A stretch of DNA of 64,000 nucleotides, from the sequence record MW883059. The stretch is one strand, 5' to 3'. Source of the stretch: Escherichia phage vB_EcoM_SYGD1. The translations under genes and the position numbers were made by a program. Within the stretch, counting starts at the first letter, position 1, and every line of letters begins with the position of its first letter. The notes beneath the pieces were generated by a model, which saw nothing but the letters and a program-made list of their open reading frames with translations, did no database searches and was not told where the DNA came from. Below, piece after piece: positions 28,372-38,717 of the stretch.

Positions 28372-28753
28372 AATGTACAAAGTGTATGCGGATTATCAGG
28401 CTAATCCATCTGAAAAGCCAGGTTGTCAAATTGGATGGGCTCATGATACTTTGCTTGAAGCAGTAGATGCTGCTCAAAAATTGGGGTATAAATATGTAGA
28501 GATTGTTCAACCGTCAGGAAAAGTTATTACTCTTGAAGAGTTCAATAACATTAAACCAAACTTTTTACTTTTTGCAGGTGATAATTATTATCCTCGTGGT
28601 GGATATGCTGATTTAATCGCGAAAGCCGCTACTGAAGATGAACTTCGTGACATTATCAAAGAAAATGAAAACAAACCAGATTATGGTTCTAATCGCTTTG
28701 ATTGGTGGCAAATCGTAAATGCCAATACGCATACTATTGTTGATGAAGGCTGA
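28364..28753 (+). CDS. Hypothetical protein
   Basis: 129 aa ORF; no motif recognised. Confidence 0.4.
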   Translation: MNRMYKVYADYQANPSEKPGCQIGWAHDTLLEAVDAAQKLGYKYVEIVQPSGKVITLEEFNNIKPNFLLFAGDNYYPRGGYADLIAKAATEDELRDIIKENENKPDYGSNRFDWWQIVNANTHTIVDEG

Positions 28754-28755
28754 TA

Positions 28756-29046
28756 ATGATTCTTTATGCGAAAGTATCATCCATTGAAAATGGATATAAA
28801 TATGATCAAGACGCGGCTAAAGCCTTGATTGACGATTATGGCATTTTAACATGTTTTGAAGTTGAAAAGGTTTACATTGACCGTTCATCTTCTCAAGTTA
28901 AATTAGTGAAGGAAGACCGTAAATTTAATACAGTAAATTTTGATTTCTTTATTGAAACAGAAAAAGGTCCTCTTGAATATGATATTTTCAAGAATCCTTT
29001 GGGTCTTGAATGTATTAAATATACTTACATTAATGCAGCGTGGTGA
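28756..29046 (+). CDS. Hypothetical protein
   Basis: 96 aa ORF. Confidence 0.35.
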   Translation: MILYAKVSSIENGYKYDQDAAKALIDDYGILTCFEVEKVYIDRSSSQVKLVKEDRKFNTVNFDFFIETEKGPLEYDIFKNPLGLECIKYTYINAAW

Positions 29047-29564
29047 AAATGAATATTTGTTTAGGTACTACAATTCCGCAGGGCTACGTAATTGATGTCA
29101 CTACCTGGGAAAATGATGGTGACAACTATAAAACCAAAACATTGTTTGGCGTAGAAGAGCATGAAATCTTACAATTCCAATATCTTTTAAAGAAGTTTAA
29201 AAGCAGACATTCTAGTACTAAAGCTGAACGTTATTGTGGTAATGGCTTGTTCAGCGAGCAATCGCTTTTTATTTATGAATACTTGGTTGAAGGACTGTTC
29301 TCAGAACAACTTTATCCAGAATTCATTAAAAAGGTCTTTGACATAGAAATTGACCTTGGTAATAAATCTGAAGAAGATGAAGAACGTGTATTTGACTTAT
29401 TCTTTGTGAATGGTAATAAAGTGCTTGAAGGACTTATTAATATTTTAGGTAATGCTTCTGAGTATTATGATTATGATTTTTTGCGTGTAGTTGAGAGTGT
29501 TAAATACTCTTATATAGAAGAAGAAATTGTTTTGCCGACCGTTAAAATGTTTAATTTGCTTTAA
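29040..29564 (+). CDS. Hypothetical protein
   Basis: 174 aa ORF. Confidence 0.4.
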   Translation: MVKMNICLGTTIPQGYVIDVTTWENDGDNYKTKTLFGVEEHEILQFQYLLKKFKSRHSSTKAERYCGNGLFSEQSLFIYEYLVEGLFSEQLYPEFIKKVFDIEIDLGNKSEEDEERVFDLFFVNGNKVLEGLINILGNASEYYDYDFLRVVESVKYSYIEEEIVLPTVKMFNLL

Positions 29565-29650
29565 GAATTATTTGTTATTATTAACTCATATCGCACTGAT
29601 TAATACCCTCTATCATCAAGGGTTCTTGTTTGAGAGCCTTTGTTAATAAT

Positions 29651-29723
29651 TGGGAATTAGCCAAGTTGGTAAGGCATAGCACTTTGACTGCTAGATGCAA
29701 AGGTTCGAGTCCTTTATTCCCAG
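29651..29723 (+). tRNA. tRNA-Gln (UUG)
   Basis: Manual fold: acceptor tgggaat/attccca, anticodon loop cttTGac, T-arm ggttcgagtcc. Confidence 0.8.
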
Positions 29724-29724
29724 C

Positions 29725-29811
29725 GCGAGAATGGTCAAATTGGTAAAGGCACAGCACTTAAAATGCTGCGGAATGATTTCCTTGTGGGTTCGAGTCCCAC
29801 TTCTCGTACCA
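29725..29811 (+). tRNA. tRNA-Leu (UAA)
   Basis: Manual fold: long variable arm, anticodon loop ctTAAaa, T-arm ggttcgagtcc, encoded CCA. Confidence 0.8.
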
Positions 29812-29817
29812 AAGTTT

Positions 29818-29889
<72 letters not shown>

Positions 29890-29901
29890 AAATTTAATTT
29901 A

Positions 29902-29975
29902 CTCCGTGTAGCTCAGTTTGGTAGAGCGTCTGCTTTGGGAGCAGAATGTCACAGGTTCAAATCCTGCCGCGGAGA
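29902..29975 (+). tRNA. tRNA-Pro (UGG)
   Basis: Manual fold: anticodon loop ttTGGga, T-arm ggttcaaatcc. Confidence 0.8.
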
Positions 29976-29977
29976 CT

Positions 29978-30064
29978 GGAGGCGTGGCAGAGTGGTTTAA
30001 TGCACCGGTCTTGAAAACCGGCAGTCGCTCCGGTGACTCATAGGTTCAAATCCTATCGCCTCCG
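29978..30064 (+). tRNA. tRNA-Ser (UGA)
   Basis: Manual fold: long variable arm, anticodon loop ctTGAaa, acceptor ggaggcg/cgcctcc. Confidence 0.8.
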
Positions 30065-30071
30065 TAATTTC

Positions 30072-30144
30072 GCTGATTTAGCTCAGTAGGTAGAGCACCT
30101 CACTTGTAATGAGGATGTCGGCGGTTCGATTCCGTCAATCAGCA
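30072..30144 (+). tRNA. tRNA-Thr (UGU)
   Basis: Manual fold: anticodon loop ctTGTaa, acceptor gctgatt/aatcagc. Confidence 0.8.
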
Positions 30145-30150
30145 TATCAA

Positions 30151-30222
30151 GGCCCTGTAGCTGGAAGGTTCAAGCAAGCGACTCATAATCGCCAGATGGT
30201 GGTTCAATTCCACCCAGGGCCA
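30151..30222 (+). tRNA. tRNA-Ile (CAU, lysidine type) or Met
   Basis: Manual fold: acceptor ggccctg/cagggcc, anticodon loop ctCATaa; T4 carries a CAU tRNA read as Ile. Confidence 0.7.
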
Positions 30223-30263
30223 TATTTTGGGAACATAAATACTCTTAGAAATAGGAGATATTT

Positions 30264-30929
30264 ATGTTCCATTACACTTATAAAATAACAAATAAAATTA
30301 ATAATAAAATCTATATAGGCGCTCATTCTACCGAAAATTTAGATGATGGATATATGGGTTCTGGTAAATTATTAAAAAGAGCCCAAGACAAGTATGGTAT
30401 AGAAAATTTCTCTAAAGAAATATTAGAGTTCTTTGACGATAAAACCTCTATGTTTGAGTCAGAAAAGAATATTGTGACTGAAGAGTTTTTAAAGCGCCCT
30501 GATGTTTATAATTTGAAATTAGGTGGTGAAGGTGGTTGGGACCATTTAAACACTAAAGAATATTTGGATAAAAAGAAAGAAGCTTCCTTAAAAGGGGCTG
30601 CTGCTTTTAAAACCAGATTTGAGAACGACCCAGACCTTAAAGAAAAATATCGTAAAATGGGTTCAGAAAGGTTTAAACAGCTTTGGGATAATCCTAAGTA
30701 TAGAGAGAAATTTTTAAATATTAAATCTTTATTGGGTAAGACCCATACTCCTGAAACTATTAATAAAATGAAAGAATCTCACGCCAGAAATAAACACCAA
30801 CAGGGCGAAAAGAATTCCCAATTTGGTATGATGTGGATTCATTCATTAGATGAAAAAGTTTCTAAACGTATTAAGAAAACTGACCCAATTCCAGAAGGAT
30901 GGTTTAAAGGTCGAAAAATGAAATTTTAA
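30264..30929 (+). CDS. segB: GIY-YIG homing endonuclease inside the tRNA cluster (SegB-like)
   Basis: 221 aa; N-terminal YTYKITNKINNKIYIGAHS...YMGSG; sits between tRNA-Ile and tRNA-Arg as segB does in T4. Confidence 0.75.
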   Translation: MFHYTYKITNKINNKIYIGAHSTENLDDGYMGSGKLLKRAQDKYGIENFSKEILEFFDDKTSMFESEKNIVTEEFLKRPDVYNLKLGGEGGWDHLNTKEYLDKKKEASLKGAAAFKTRFENDPDLKEKYRKMGSERFKQLWDNPKYREKFLNIKSLLGKTHTPETINKMKESHARNKHQQGEKNSQFGMMWIHSLDEKVSKRIKKTDPIPEGWFKGRKMKF

Positions 30930-30932
30930 TTA

Positions 30933-31009
<77 letters not shown>

Positions 31010-31330
31010 GACAAGAAACCGGGTCGCTACCGGTAAGTCGTCGGACTGATGTTCCCTGGGTAAGGAATTGCGTTAATAAATCTTTATGATTTGTTGATGC
31101 CCTCTTACACCACAGCAGAAACGGCGCACCGAATTATCGATTCGAGGAAATATCTTTGCCGTAAGCCGAGTAGCGTTTTTGACGGAACGTTCGGATATGG
31201 TCGAGATATGGCCTTTTAAAAATATTAAGTAGCGTCAACTGCTTAATAACCGGGTTCGAATCCCGGCGTTTCGTACAAACACTTGCCTTAGCAGGTGGAA
31301 CCCCGACAAGGTTGCCGCAAGGCTTTAGCC
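31010..31330 (+). ncRNA. Putative small stable RNAs (T4 species 1/2, rnaC/rnaD-like)
   Basis: Non-coding stretch after tRNA-Arg; tRNA-like T-arm ccgggttcgaatcccgg at 31249-31265; ends at rho-independent terminator; boundaries uncertain. Confidence 0.35.
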
Positions 31331-31355
31331 CCGACCGAAAGGTTGGGGCTTTTTG
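31327..31355 (+). terminator. Rho-independent terminator
   Basis: agccccgaccgaaaggttggggc followed by ttttt; near-identical copy at 31870-31898. Confidence 0.7.
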
Positions 31356-31356
31356 G

Positions 31357-31364
31357 TATAAATA
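31357..31364 (+). promoter_or_regulatory. Late promoter (TATAAATA)
   Basis: TATAAATA about 40 nt upstream of ORF 31404. Confidence 0.5.
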
Positions 31365-31403
31365 TAGTAGTATATTAAATCACGAATTAAAACAGGAAAT
31401 AAG

Positions 31404-31862
31404 ATGAAATCATATGCTCAATTTTTAAATGAAGCATCCGCTTCAGATGTTCGCGCTGTAGCAACTGCTGCTATTAAAGCTGGTAAATATTCTTATAAAG
31501 ATGCTTCTGACGAATCTCGGTACAAGTTCTACGACGATATGAGAGCTGAAGGCTTTGTGGGTAACTATGTTACCACCGCCTGGAAAAGCCTGGTTGCTAC
31601 TGGTGCGGCTTTCGAAAAACCTTCTGGTAAACCTGCTCCTAAGGCTGACCCTAAAGCAGCACAAGAAAAAAATATTGCTAAAGGAATTATTTCTAGGTAT
31701 GAAGCAATTCTTAAAGAACTTTTGGTAATTAAGACCGAAGGCCAGAAACTTGCGCGAGCTCATAGTTTCAAAGATAACCCACATGCTCATGACCTAGAGT
31801 ATGTTGAAGATCTCCAAAAAATCATCAAAGACCGCATTTGGTCTGCTAAACAAATTAAATAA
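31404..31862 (+). CDS. Internal protein-like, with capsid targeting sequence
   Basis: N-terminus MKSYAQFLNEA matches targeting-sequence pattern; 152 aa. Confidence 0.55.
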   Translation: MKSYAQFLNEASASDVRAVATAAIKAGKYSYKDASDESRYKFYDDMRAEGFVGNYVTTAWKSLVATGAAFEKPSGKPAPKADPKAAQEKNIAKGIISRYEAILKELLVIKTEGQKLARAHSFKDNPHAHDLEYVEDLQKIIKDRIWSAKQIK

Positions 31863-31869
31863 CATTCTT

Positions 31870-31898
31870 AGCCCCAGCCGAAAGGTTGGGGCTTTTGG
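31870..31898 (+). terminator. Rho-independent terminator (repeat of 31327 element)
   Basis: agccccagccgaaaggttggggc + tttt. Confidence 0.65.
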
Positions 31899-32030
31899 TA
31901 TCTAGGCCTTTCTGGACCTCTCTAGGCATCATTTAGTTTATACCCTTTATAATATATTATCCTATCCTTTAATTGCCCATCCCTGCCCTAGAATTCCCTA
32001 AAACTTTTTAAAAATTTTTTTCACAAAACG

Positions 32031-32060
32031 GTTTACATCCCCGTTCTTCCATGGTACTAT
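32031..32060 (+). promoter_or_regulatory. T4-type early promoter
   Basis: gtttac ... tggtactat. Confidence 0.6.
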
Positions 32061-32104
32061 ACAACTATCAACTACTGATACAGAAAAACAACTTGGAGAA
32101 TGAA

Positions 32105-32368
32105 ATGGATAATTACGGCGAACTGTTCAACTTCTTTATGAAATGCGTTTCAGAAGATTTCGGTCGTACAGTGAATGATATTAAAGTTATCGGTCCTGAT
32201 CATCCGATGTTTGAAACTTACGCAGTAATGGGTAATGAAGATGGTCAGTGGTATACTGTAAAGGTTGTGATTAACATGTTCACTGCTGAAGGTTATGTTA
32301 AACTGTCTTCTAAAGTTTACCATGATAATGATGAAATTGCAGAAGAATATTTCAATAATATGAAATAA
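32105..32368 (+). CDS. Hypothetical protein
   Basis: ORF 32051-32368 begins inside the promoter; ATG at 32105 with SD-like ggagaa upstream is the likely start. Confidence 0.4.
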   Translation: MDNYGELFNFFMKCVSEDFGRTVNDIKVIGPDHPMFETYAVMGNEDGQWYTVKVVINMFTAEGYVKLSSKVYHDNDEIAEEYFNNMK

Positions 32369-32656
32369 ATGTGTACAAACGCCAAGGACGGTGTTATTAT
32401 AGATTTATCAAAACAATCACAGAAGCGGAGAAATAAATGACTACTTTAACTATTTGGTTTGACGAAAATGAAGAAACATACTGTGTGAACATTGATGAAA
32501 GTCCAATGCCTGACTTTGAATCTTCAGATAAGAAGTCGGTTATATCTTGGGCTGAAGGTTATAAAGCAGCAAAAGGCGACGTTAAAATAGTTTATAAACT
32601 CTTTGGAGTATAATACTCCCACGGATTTTAAATCTTAATCAACCTAAGGAAATACT

Positions 32657-33250
32657 ATGAACACACTGAAGAAAATTGTTGAGTTTATTCGCACTAAACT
32701 TGGTTCTGCTATGGCTAAAAATCTATCTGTTGAAGAACAGTATACTGCTGCAGCAGCAAAACTACTTGATAAAATTAAAGATCTAAAAACTGCTTCTGTT
32801 AAATCTATTAATGAAGAAAAACGTATTCGTGAACTTATTGTCGAAAAGAATCGACAAGCTGAATCAAAAGAGCGTGAAATTCGCAAACTTCTTTCCGAAG
32901 GTCAAGATGTAACAATGCACGCTAAACTCGGTTTGCTATATCGTCGAACAGCTGAGCAGTTGACTACTAAAGCTGATGGTTATGCTGAAATGCGAATTGA
33001 AATCGCCAAGAAAGTAGTTGAGTTAGATGATGCTCGCCAAGAACTTGCAGTTAAATTGGAATATATCCGTGAAACTCGTGCGGCAAATGCCCTTGGAATT
33101 AGTACTGCCGATGATGTAGTTGAAATTGCAGCACTGACTAAGGTTGATATTGAAGATACCCTTGCTCGAGTTGAAACTTTTAACGGCAATATTTCTGGGG
33201 TTGAAACTACCTCTGCCGATGTCCAGGAATATATTAATTCTCTGAAATAA
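32657..33250 (+). CDS. Hypothetical coiled-coil protein
   Basis: 197 aa, helical heptad-rich; followed by hairpin ggggcttcggcccc. Confidence 0.45.
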   Translation: MNTLKKIVEFIRTKLGSAMAKNLSVEEQYTAAAAKLLDKIKDLKTASVKSINEEKRIRELIVEKNRQAESKEREIRKLLSEGQDVTMHAKLGLLYRRTAEQLTTKADGYAEMRIEIAKKVVELDDARQELAVKLEYIRETRAANALGISTADDVVEIAALTKVDIEDTLARVETFNGNISGVETTSADVQEYINSLK

Positions 33251-33291
33251 TGATAAGGGGCTTCGGCCCCTATTACTTGGAGTAAATAGGA

Positions 33292-33900
33292 ATGAAAATG
33301 CAAAGTGATTTCAATTCAATGTTTGAAGAGTTCCAAAGACAGGTTGATGTTCCAGACCAATTACTAAATGCTCTTAAACGTATGGCAGAAGGACGTAATT
33401 ACTATTGGGGGTCTTCATATGAAACTGATGAAAGTCTTTCTGGAAGATTTTCTAGAGGTAAAAAGTCTTTAATACGTCCTGGAATACTCATTAAAAGTAT
33501 TGAATCAATTCATTCATTGACGTGTGATTTTGATGTTGAATTTACTGATTTCATTTCTCCTGAATGGACGGTTTGTTATTTAAATGACGATTATGATTAT
33601 CTTGGCGTTTATAGTTTAAGTGACGCATGGTTTAAACGTAATTTACAAAAGTCAAATTTGTTCTATATTGATACTACGGTAAAATTTCAGGGAAAGAAAT
33701 ATTTCTTTACTCTTATAGTTGATTCTGAAACAAAGCATGAAAATAAACGTATTCTTAGTAAAAAGAATATCTTAACTATTGTTGATGATCTTTTTGATAA
33801 ATTCGTGGAAAATCCTAATTTTGAAAGCGATTTATTATTAGAAAAATTTGTTAAGGAATGTAGAGAATATGTCAAAGCCATCACTATACCTTCCAAGTAA
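33292..33900 (+). CDS. Hypothetical protein
   Basis: 202 aa ORF. Confidence 0.45.
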   Translation: MKMQSDFNSMFEEFQRQVDVPDQLLNALKRMAEGRNYYWGSSYETDESLSGRFSRGKKSLIRPGILIKSIESIHSLTCDFDVEFTDFISPEWTVCYLNDDYDYLGVYSLSDAWFKRNLQKSNLFYIDTTVKFQGKKYFFTLIVDSETKHENKRILSKKNILTIVDDLFDKFVENPNFESDLLLEKFVKECREYVKAITIPSK

Positions 33901-34264
33901 ACCTGTGAAGTATGAACCAAAGCGTCAGCTAATTTCTACTGATGTATTAATAGGTCCTGTTATACTCATATCATTTGTAATTCTATTGATTATTGGAGGT
34001 GTTTTAGATGTTATGACTGATATTGATTCTGGCGAAATACTTGTGTTAATGCTAATTCTTCCATTAATAGTTCCACTTTTATTAGTACCTGTAAATTGGG
34101 TAGGATACTGGTATCAAGGAAGACATTATCGTAAACGCGTACGCGAATGGAAAGCTCAGTGTAAAAAGATTAAAAAGGAACACCAGCTTAAACTTGATAT
34201 GCATGAATTTGACGAAATTATGAAATTTGTTAAGGAATCACGATGCAAAAGCCAAACTAAATAA
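33869..34264 (+). CDS. Hypothetical membrane protein
   Basis: Two predicted transmembrane helices; start at internal Met MSKPSLYL. Confidence 0.4.
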   Translation: MSKPSLYLPSKPVKYEPKRQLISTDVLIGPVILISFVILLIIGGVLDVMTDIDSGEILVLMLILPLIVPLLLVPVNWVGYWYQGRHYRKRVREWKAQCKKIKKEHQLKLDMHEFDEIMKFVKESRCKSQTK

Positions 34265-34604
34265 AGTCAAATATTCGCTTCCTGAGTCATTTTTAATTTT
34301 TGCTGTGGCGTTGGCTGCAGCTCTTGCGGGTAGTCTTTTTGGATTGTTAATTGACTGTCTTATTTTAAACATCGACGGCACAGTAAATATAATAGAAGTT
34401 TGGAGTGAACTTCGCTATACTAAAATTATTTCATTATTTTCATTCTTTTGTATCATTCTATATTTTCATTATGATAATTTTAAAATAAATTGGCAAAGAA
34501 AAAAGGATTACAAAATACAATTAAAAGAATATAATAGCTACATGTCTTATATTGAAAATGAATCAATGAAAGAGTTTGTGATTGATTGCAGGAAATTAAA
34601 ATGA
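34227..34604 (+). CDS. Hypothetical membrane protein
   Basis: 125 aa with hydrophobic segments. Confidence 0.35.
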   Translation: MLRNHDAKAKLNKVKYSLPESFLIFAVALAAALAGSLFGLLIDCLILNIDGTVNIIEVWSELRYTKIISLFSFFCIILYFHYDNFKINWQRKKDYKIQLKEYNSYMSYIENESMKEFVIDCRKLK

Positions 34605-35041
34605 AAACATTATCAGCTGGTATTATCTTTATGACAGAAGATAAAGATTTATTTATGGGACGAGTTACTGGTTCTCGTAAGCCTGGAATGATGGCACATC
34701 GCTGGGATATTCCAAAGGGGCGTGTAGAAAATTCTGATTTAAGCGCATTAGATGCAGCACGAAGAGAATGCTTAGAAGAGACCGGTTTTAGCAATTATAA
34801 TCCAGACCTTCTAGAAGACCTAGGTGTATTTAAATATTCTAGTAATAAAGACTTACAGTTATTTTATTATACGATTCCAGTAGAGCATGAGATGTTTAGA
34901 AATTGCCACTGCGAGTCTTATTTTGAAAATAAAGATGGCGTTATGATTCCAGAGATGGATGCTTTTGCTCTTATTCCTCGTACTCAGTGGCAATATGTGA
35001 TGGGTCCTTCACTTTACCGAATAATGAACAGCCTCTTTTAA
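34586..35041 (+). CDS. nudE: Nudix hydrolase NudE
   Basis: 151 aa; Nudix box GRVENSDLSALDAARRECLEETGF; directly upstream of e as in T4. Confidence 0.8.
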   Translation: MQEIKMKTLSAGIIFMTEDKDLFMGRVTGSRKPGMMAHRWDIPKGRVENSDLSALDAARRECLEETGFSNYNPDLLEDLGVFKYSSNKDLQLFYYTIPVEHEMFRNCHCESYFENKDGVMIPEMDAFALIPRTQWQYVMGPSLYRIMNSLF

Positions 35042-35572
<531 letters not shown>

Positions 35573-35575
35573 AGT

Positions 35576-35607
35576 TGTTTACTTTCTCCAAGTAACTGTG
35601 ATAGTAT
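35576..35607 (+). promoter_or_regulatory. T4-type early promoter
   Basis: gtttac ... tgtgatagtat. Confidence 0.55.
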
Positions 35608-35632
35608 ATTCACAGTTACTTGGAGGGATAAA

Positions 35633-36049
35633 ATGACTCGTATTAATTTGACTTTAGTATCTGAACTTGCTGATCAACATTTAATCGCAGAATACCGTGA
35701 ACTGCCGCGTGTTTTTGGTATAGTTCGTAAACATGTTGCAAATGGTAAGCGGGTTAAAGATTTTAAAATATCTTCCGAGTTTATTTTAGGTTCTGGTCAT
35801 GTCACGTTCTTTTACGATAAGTTAGAATTTTTGCGAAAGCGTCAATCAGACATTATAACGGAATGCTTAAAACGCGGATTCAGTATAAAAGATACTGAAG
35901 TTCCTGACATCAGTGATATTCCAGTAGAATGGAAAAATGATTATAATCCATGCAAATCAGCTATTAGGTTGAGTCAACAACGACTCGATGAAAAAATTTT
36001 AATGAAGCCACACTGGTACAAGTATTACGGCAAAAATATTTACATTTAA
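35633..36049 (+). CDS. denV: Endonuclease V (pyrimidine dimer DNA glycosylase)
   Basis: 138 aa; N-terminal [17 protein letters not shown] as in T4 DenV. Confidence 0.9.
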   Translation: MTRINLTLVSELADQHLIAEYRELPRVFGIVRKHVANGKRVKDFKISSEFILGSGHVTFFYDKLEFLRKRQSDIITECLKRGFSIKDTEVPDISDIPVEWKNDYNPCKSAIRLSQQRLDEKILMKPHWYKYYGKNIYI

Positions 36050-36194
36050 ATAACATGGGAATAACCTGGACCTCATGATTCTATGAGGGATTCCCGCCAA
36101 CCTGTAATAAGGTCGAGCCCAAGTGCGGTAATGGGTAAATACAGAAATGGACAATTCATGCGCCACGGAATGGCCCAAATTTAGAGATAACAAA

Positions 36195-36734
36195 ATGAGA
36201 ACATTTTTAACTGGTCCTTATCTATCCCTGATGAATGCTTTTACACACCATTCTGATGCTAGAGTAGAAGAAATTTGTAAAAACGAATATATCCTGCCAT
36301 TTGAAGACTTACTTAAGCAGTATTGCACACTTCGACTAGATGGTGGACGTCAATCCGGTAAATCAATTGCAGTAACTAATTTTGCCGCTAATTGGTTGTA
36401 TGACGGTGGAACAGTTATTGTTCTTTCTAATACTTCAGCTTATGCTAAAATTTCTGCAGATAACATCAAAAAGGAATTTTCGCGTTATTCTAATGATGAT
36501 ATACGTTTTCGTTTATTTACTGATTCTGTGCGTAGTTTTATTGGTAATAAAGGAAGCAAGTTCAGAGGTTTATCTCTTTCGCGAATTTTATATATAATTG
36601 ATGAGCCTGTCAAATCTCCTGATATGGATAAGATTTATGATGCTCATATTGACACTGTACAGTACTGCTGCAATAGTAAATGTTGCATTGGTGGTATTAC
36701 TCGTCCTCAATTTTTTGTGATTGGAATGCAATGA
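36195..36734 (+). CDS. Hypothetical P-loop protein
   Basis: Walker A-like GGRQSGKS and Walker B-like LYIIDEP; ORF 36147-36734, start at Met 36195 assumed. Confidence 0.4.
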   Translation: MRTFLTGPYLSLMNAFTHHSDARVEEICKNEYILPFEDLLKQYCTLRLDGGRQSGKSIAVTNFAANWLYDGGTVIVLSNTSAYAKISADNIKKEFSRYSNDDIRFRLFTDSVRSFIGNKGSKFRGLSLSRILYIIDEPVKSPDMDKIYDAHIDTVQYCCNSKCCIGGITRPQFFVIGMQ

Positions 36735-37060
36735 TGACAGACACGCAACTTTTCGAATATCTTTATTTTTCGCCAAAAACTATTAAAAATAAATTGGTGA
36801 ATCATTTTGAAATTTTGGCAAATAACAACGTCTTGAGCGAATTTTATCCTAAGCAATACAAATTACAAAAAGGCGTATTCAAAGGATGCAGAGTTTTGTG
36901 CACTGCTCCTAATGCAAGATTAATGAATAAAATTCCATATTTTACCATGGAATTTATTGATGGGCCTTTTAAAGGACTAATTACCCAAAGTTTAATGGCA
37001 TATGATTCTGAGCCATTTTTAATTAAAGAGCAATCTTGGATAAATTTATTTTCTAATTGA
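36731..37060 (+). CDS. Hypothetical protein
   Basis: ATGA overlap with preceding ORF; ORF 36680-37060. Confidence 0.35.
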   Translation: MMTDTQLFEYLYFSPKTIKNKLVNHFEILANNNVLSEFYPKQYKLQKGVFKGCRVLCTAPNARLMNKIPYFTMEFIDGPFKGLITQSLMAYDSEPFLIKEQSWINLFSN

Positions 37061-37068
37061 GAGGTTAT

Positions 37069-37431
37069 ATGAAAGCATATCAAATTCTTGAAGGCACGCA
37101 TAAAGGTACTATTTATTTTGAAGACGGTATTCAAGCACGAATTATTGTCTCTAAAACCTTTAAAGAGGACTCTTTTGTAGACCCAGAAATTTTCTATGGT
37201 TTGCATGCCCGTGAAATTGAAATTGAAACACAACCTACAGTTAAAATTGAAGGTGGTCAACACCTGAACGTTAACGTTCTGCGTCGTGAAACTCTGGAAG
37301 ATGCAGTTAAGCATCCGGAAAAATATCCGCAGCTGACCATCCGTGTATCCGGTTATGCAGTTCGCTTTAACTCTCTGACTCCGGAACAGCAGCGCGACGT
37401 TATCGCTCGTACCTTTACCGAGAGTCTGTAA
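37069..37431 (+). CDS. Autonomous glycyl radical cofactor (GrcA/YfiD-like)
   Basis: C-terminal roughly 60 aa ([62 protein letters not shown]) match E. coli GrcA from memory, including glycyl radical motif RVSGYAV; host-like codon usage in this part. Confidence 0.8.
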   Translation: MKAYQILEGTHKGTIYFEDGIQARIIVSKTFKEDSFVDPEIFYGLHAREIEIETQPTVKIEGGQHLNVNVLRRETLEDAVKHPEKYPQLTIRVSGYAVRFNSLTPEQQRDVIARTFTESL

Positions 37432-37652
37432 TGGCAAAGATAATTATTGAAGGTTCTAAAGATGTGCTAAATGCTTTCGCCGAGTGGTTTAGTAATTCAG
37501 GCGAACAGCAATTTAATGAAGCGTGGAACATGGGTGATATTAGTGGAATTTATCCTACGACAGAAATTTCTGTTCAGGGATATGGCATTCATGAACCTAT
37601 TCGTTTAGTTGAATATGATTTATGTACTGGTGAGGAAGTAGAATATGATTGA
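37431..37652 (+). CDS. Hypothetical protein
   Basis: 73 aa ORF. Confidence 0.35.
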   Translation: MAKIIIEGSKDVLNAFAEWFSNSGEQQFNEAWNMGDISGIYPTTEISVQGYGIHEPIRLVEYDLCTGEEVEYD

Positions 37653-37911
37653 AGATATTAAGGGTTATAAGCCGCACACTGAAGAGAAAATCGGTAAAGT
37701 GAATGCTATCAAAGACGCTGAAGTTCGTTTAGGACTTATCTTTGATGCTTTATATGATGAATTCTGGGAAGCACTAGATAATTGTGAAGATTGTGAATTC
37801 GCGAAGAATTATGCCGAAAGCCTCGATCAGTTAACTATTGCTAAAACGAAACTCAAAGAAGCCAGTATGTGGGCTTGTCGTGCAGTGTTCCAACCAGAGG
37901 AAAAATACTAA
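37645..37911 (+). CDS. Hypothetical protein
   Basis: 88 aa ORF. Confidence 0.35.
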   Translation: MIEDIKGYKPHTEEKIGKVNAIKDAEVRLGLIFDALYDEFWEALDNCEDCEFAKNYAESLDQLTIAKTKLKEASMWACRAVFQPEEKY

Positions 37912-38189
37912 TGGCTCAATTAAGCGCAGGGTTTGGTTATGAGTATTATACTGCCCCTCGTCGTGTATCTGTTGCTCCTAAGAAAATTCAAAGTCTTGAT
38001 GACTTCCAGGAAGTAGTCCGTAACGCTTTCCAGGATTATGCACGTTATCTTAAAGAAGATTCGCAGGACTGTCTCGAAGAAGATGAAATTGCTTACTATA
38101 CGCAGCGTCTTGAACAGCTCAAAAATCTACATGAGGTTCGTGCAGAAGTTTCAAAGTCTATGAATAAATTGATTAGATTTAAAGAATAA
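37911..38189 (+). CDS. Hypothetical protein
   Basis: ORF 37869-38189; start at MAQLSAGF (TAATG overlap) assumed. Confidence 0.35.
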   Translation: MAQLSAGFGYEYYTAPRRVSVAPKKIQSLDDFQEVVRNAFQDYARYLKEDSQDCLEEDEIAYYTQRLEQLKNLHEVRAEVSKSMNKLIRFKE

Positions 38190-38190
38190 C

Positions 38191-38220
38191 TGTTTACTTT
38201 TCCTCTTGACTGTGGTATAA
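38191..38220 (+). promoter_or_regulatory. T4-type early promoter
   Basis: gtttac, 18 nt, TGgTATAAT. Confidence 0.65.
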
Positions 38221-38248
38221 TTTTTCTATCAGTTAAGAGGAGAACAAC

Positions 38249-38710
38249 ATGACTATCAATACAGAAGTTTTTATCCGTCGAAATAAGCTTCGTCGTCACT
38301 TTGAGTCAGAGTTTCGTCAAATTAACAATGAGATTCGTGAGGCATCAAAAGCAGCAGGGGTCTCATCGTTTCATCTAAAATATTCTCAGCATCTCCTTGA
38401 TCGTGCAATTCAACGGGAGATTGATGAGACATATGTTTTTGAATTATTCCACAAAATAAAAGACCATGTTTTAGAAGTTAATGAATTCCTGAGTATGCCT
38501 CCGCGTCCTGACATTGACGAGGATTTTATTGATGGGGTTGAATACCGTCCTGGACGTTTAGAAATCACAGATGGAAATCTTTGGCTTGGATTTACAGTTT
38601 GTAAACCTAATGAGAAGTTCAAAGACCCGTCACTTCAATGTAGGATGGCAATTATTAACAGTCGTCGTTTACCAGGAAAGGCTTCTAAAGCAGTAATTAA
38701 AACTCAATGA
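38249..38710 (+). CDS. regB: Endoribonuclease RegB
   Basis: 153 aa as T4 RegB; position between denV and tk; strong early promoter. Confidence 0.6.
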   Translation: MTINTEVFIRRNKLRRHFESEFRQINNEIREASKAAGVSSFHLKYSQHLLDRAIQREIDETYVFELFHKIKDHVLEVNEFLSMPPRPDIDEDFIDGVEYRPGRLEITDGNLWLGFTVCKPNEKFKDPSLQCRMAIINSRRLPGKASKAVIKTQ

Positions 38711-38717
38711 GGTAAGC

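Noticed and set aside
31249-31275. Possible ninth tRNA from the T-arm-like sequence ccgggttcgaatcccgg
   Set aside because: I could not fold a complete cloverleaf (no matching acceptor and anticodon arms); more consistent with the tRNA-like 3' end of a small stable RNA.
31443-31790. 115-aa minus-strand ORF overlapping the internal-protein-like gene at 31404-31862
   Set aside because: Antisense to a plus-strand gene that has a late promoter, a targeting-sequence N-terminus and a downstream terminator; no independent signals.
32051-32104. ORF-track start at 32051 for the 105-aa ORF
   Set aside because: The ATG at 32051 lies inside the extended -10 element of the early promoter (atggtactat); the ATG at 32105 downstream of a ribosome-binding site is the more plausible start.
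33257-33270. Hairpin ggggcttcggcccc after ORF 32657-33250 as a rho-independent terminator
   Set aside because: No T-run follows the stem, so termination is doubtful; left as a possible RNA-processing or stability hairpin.
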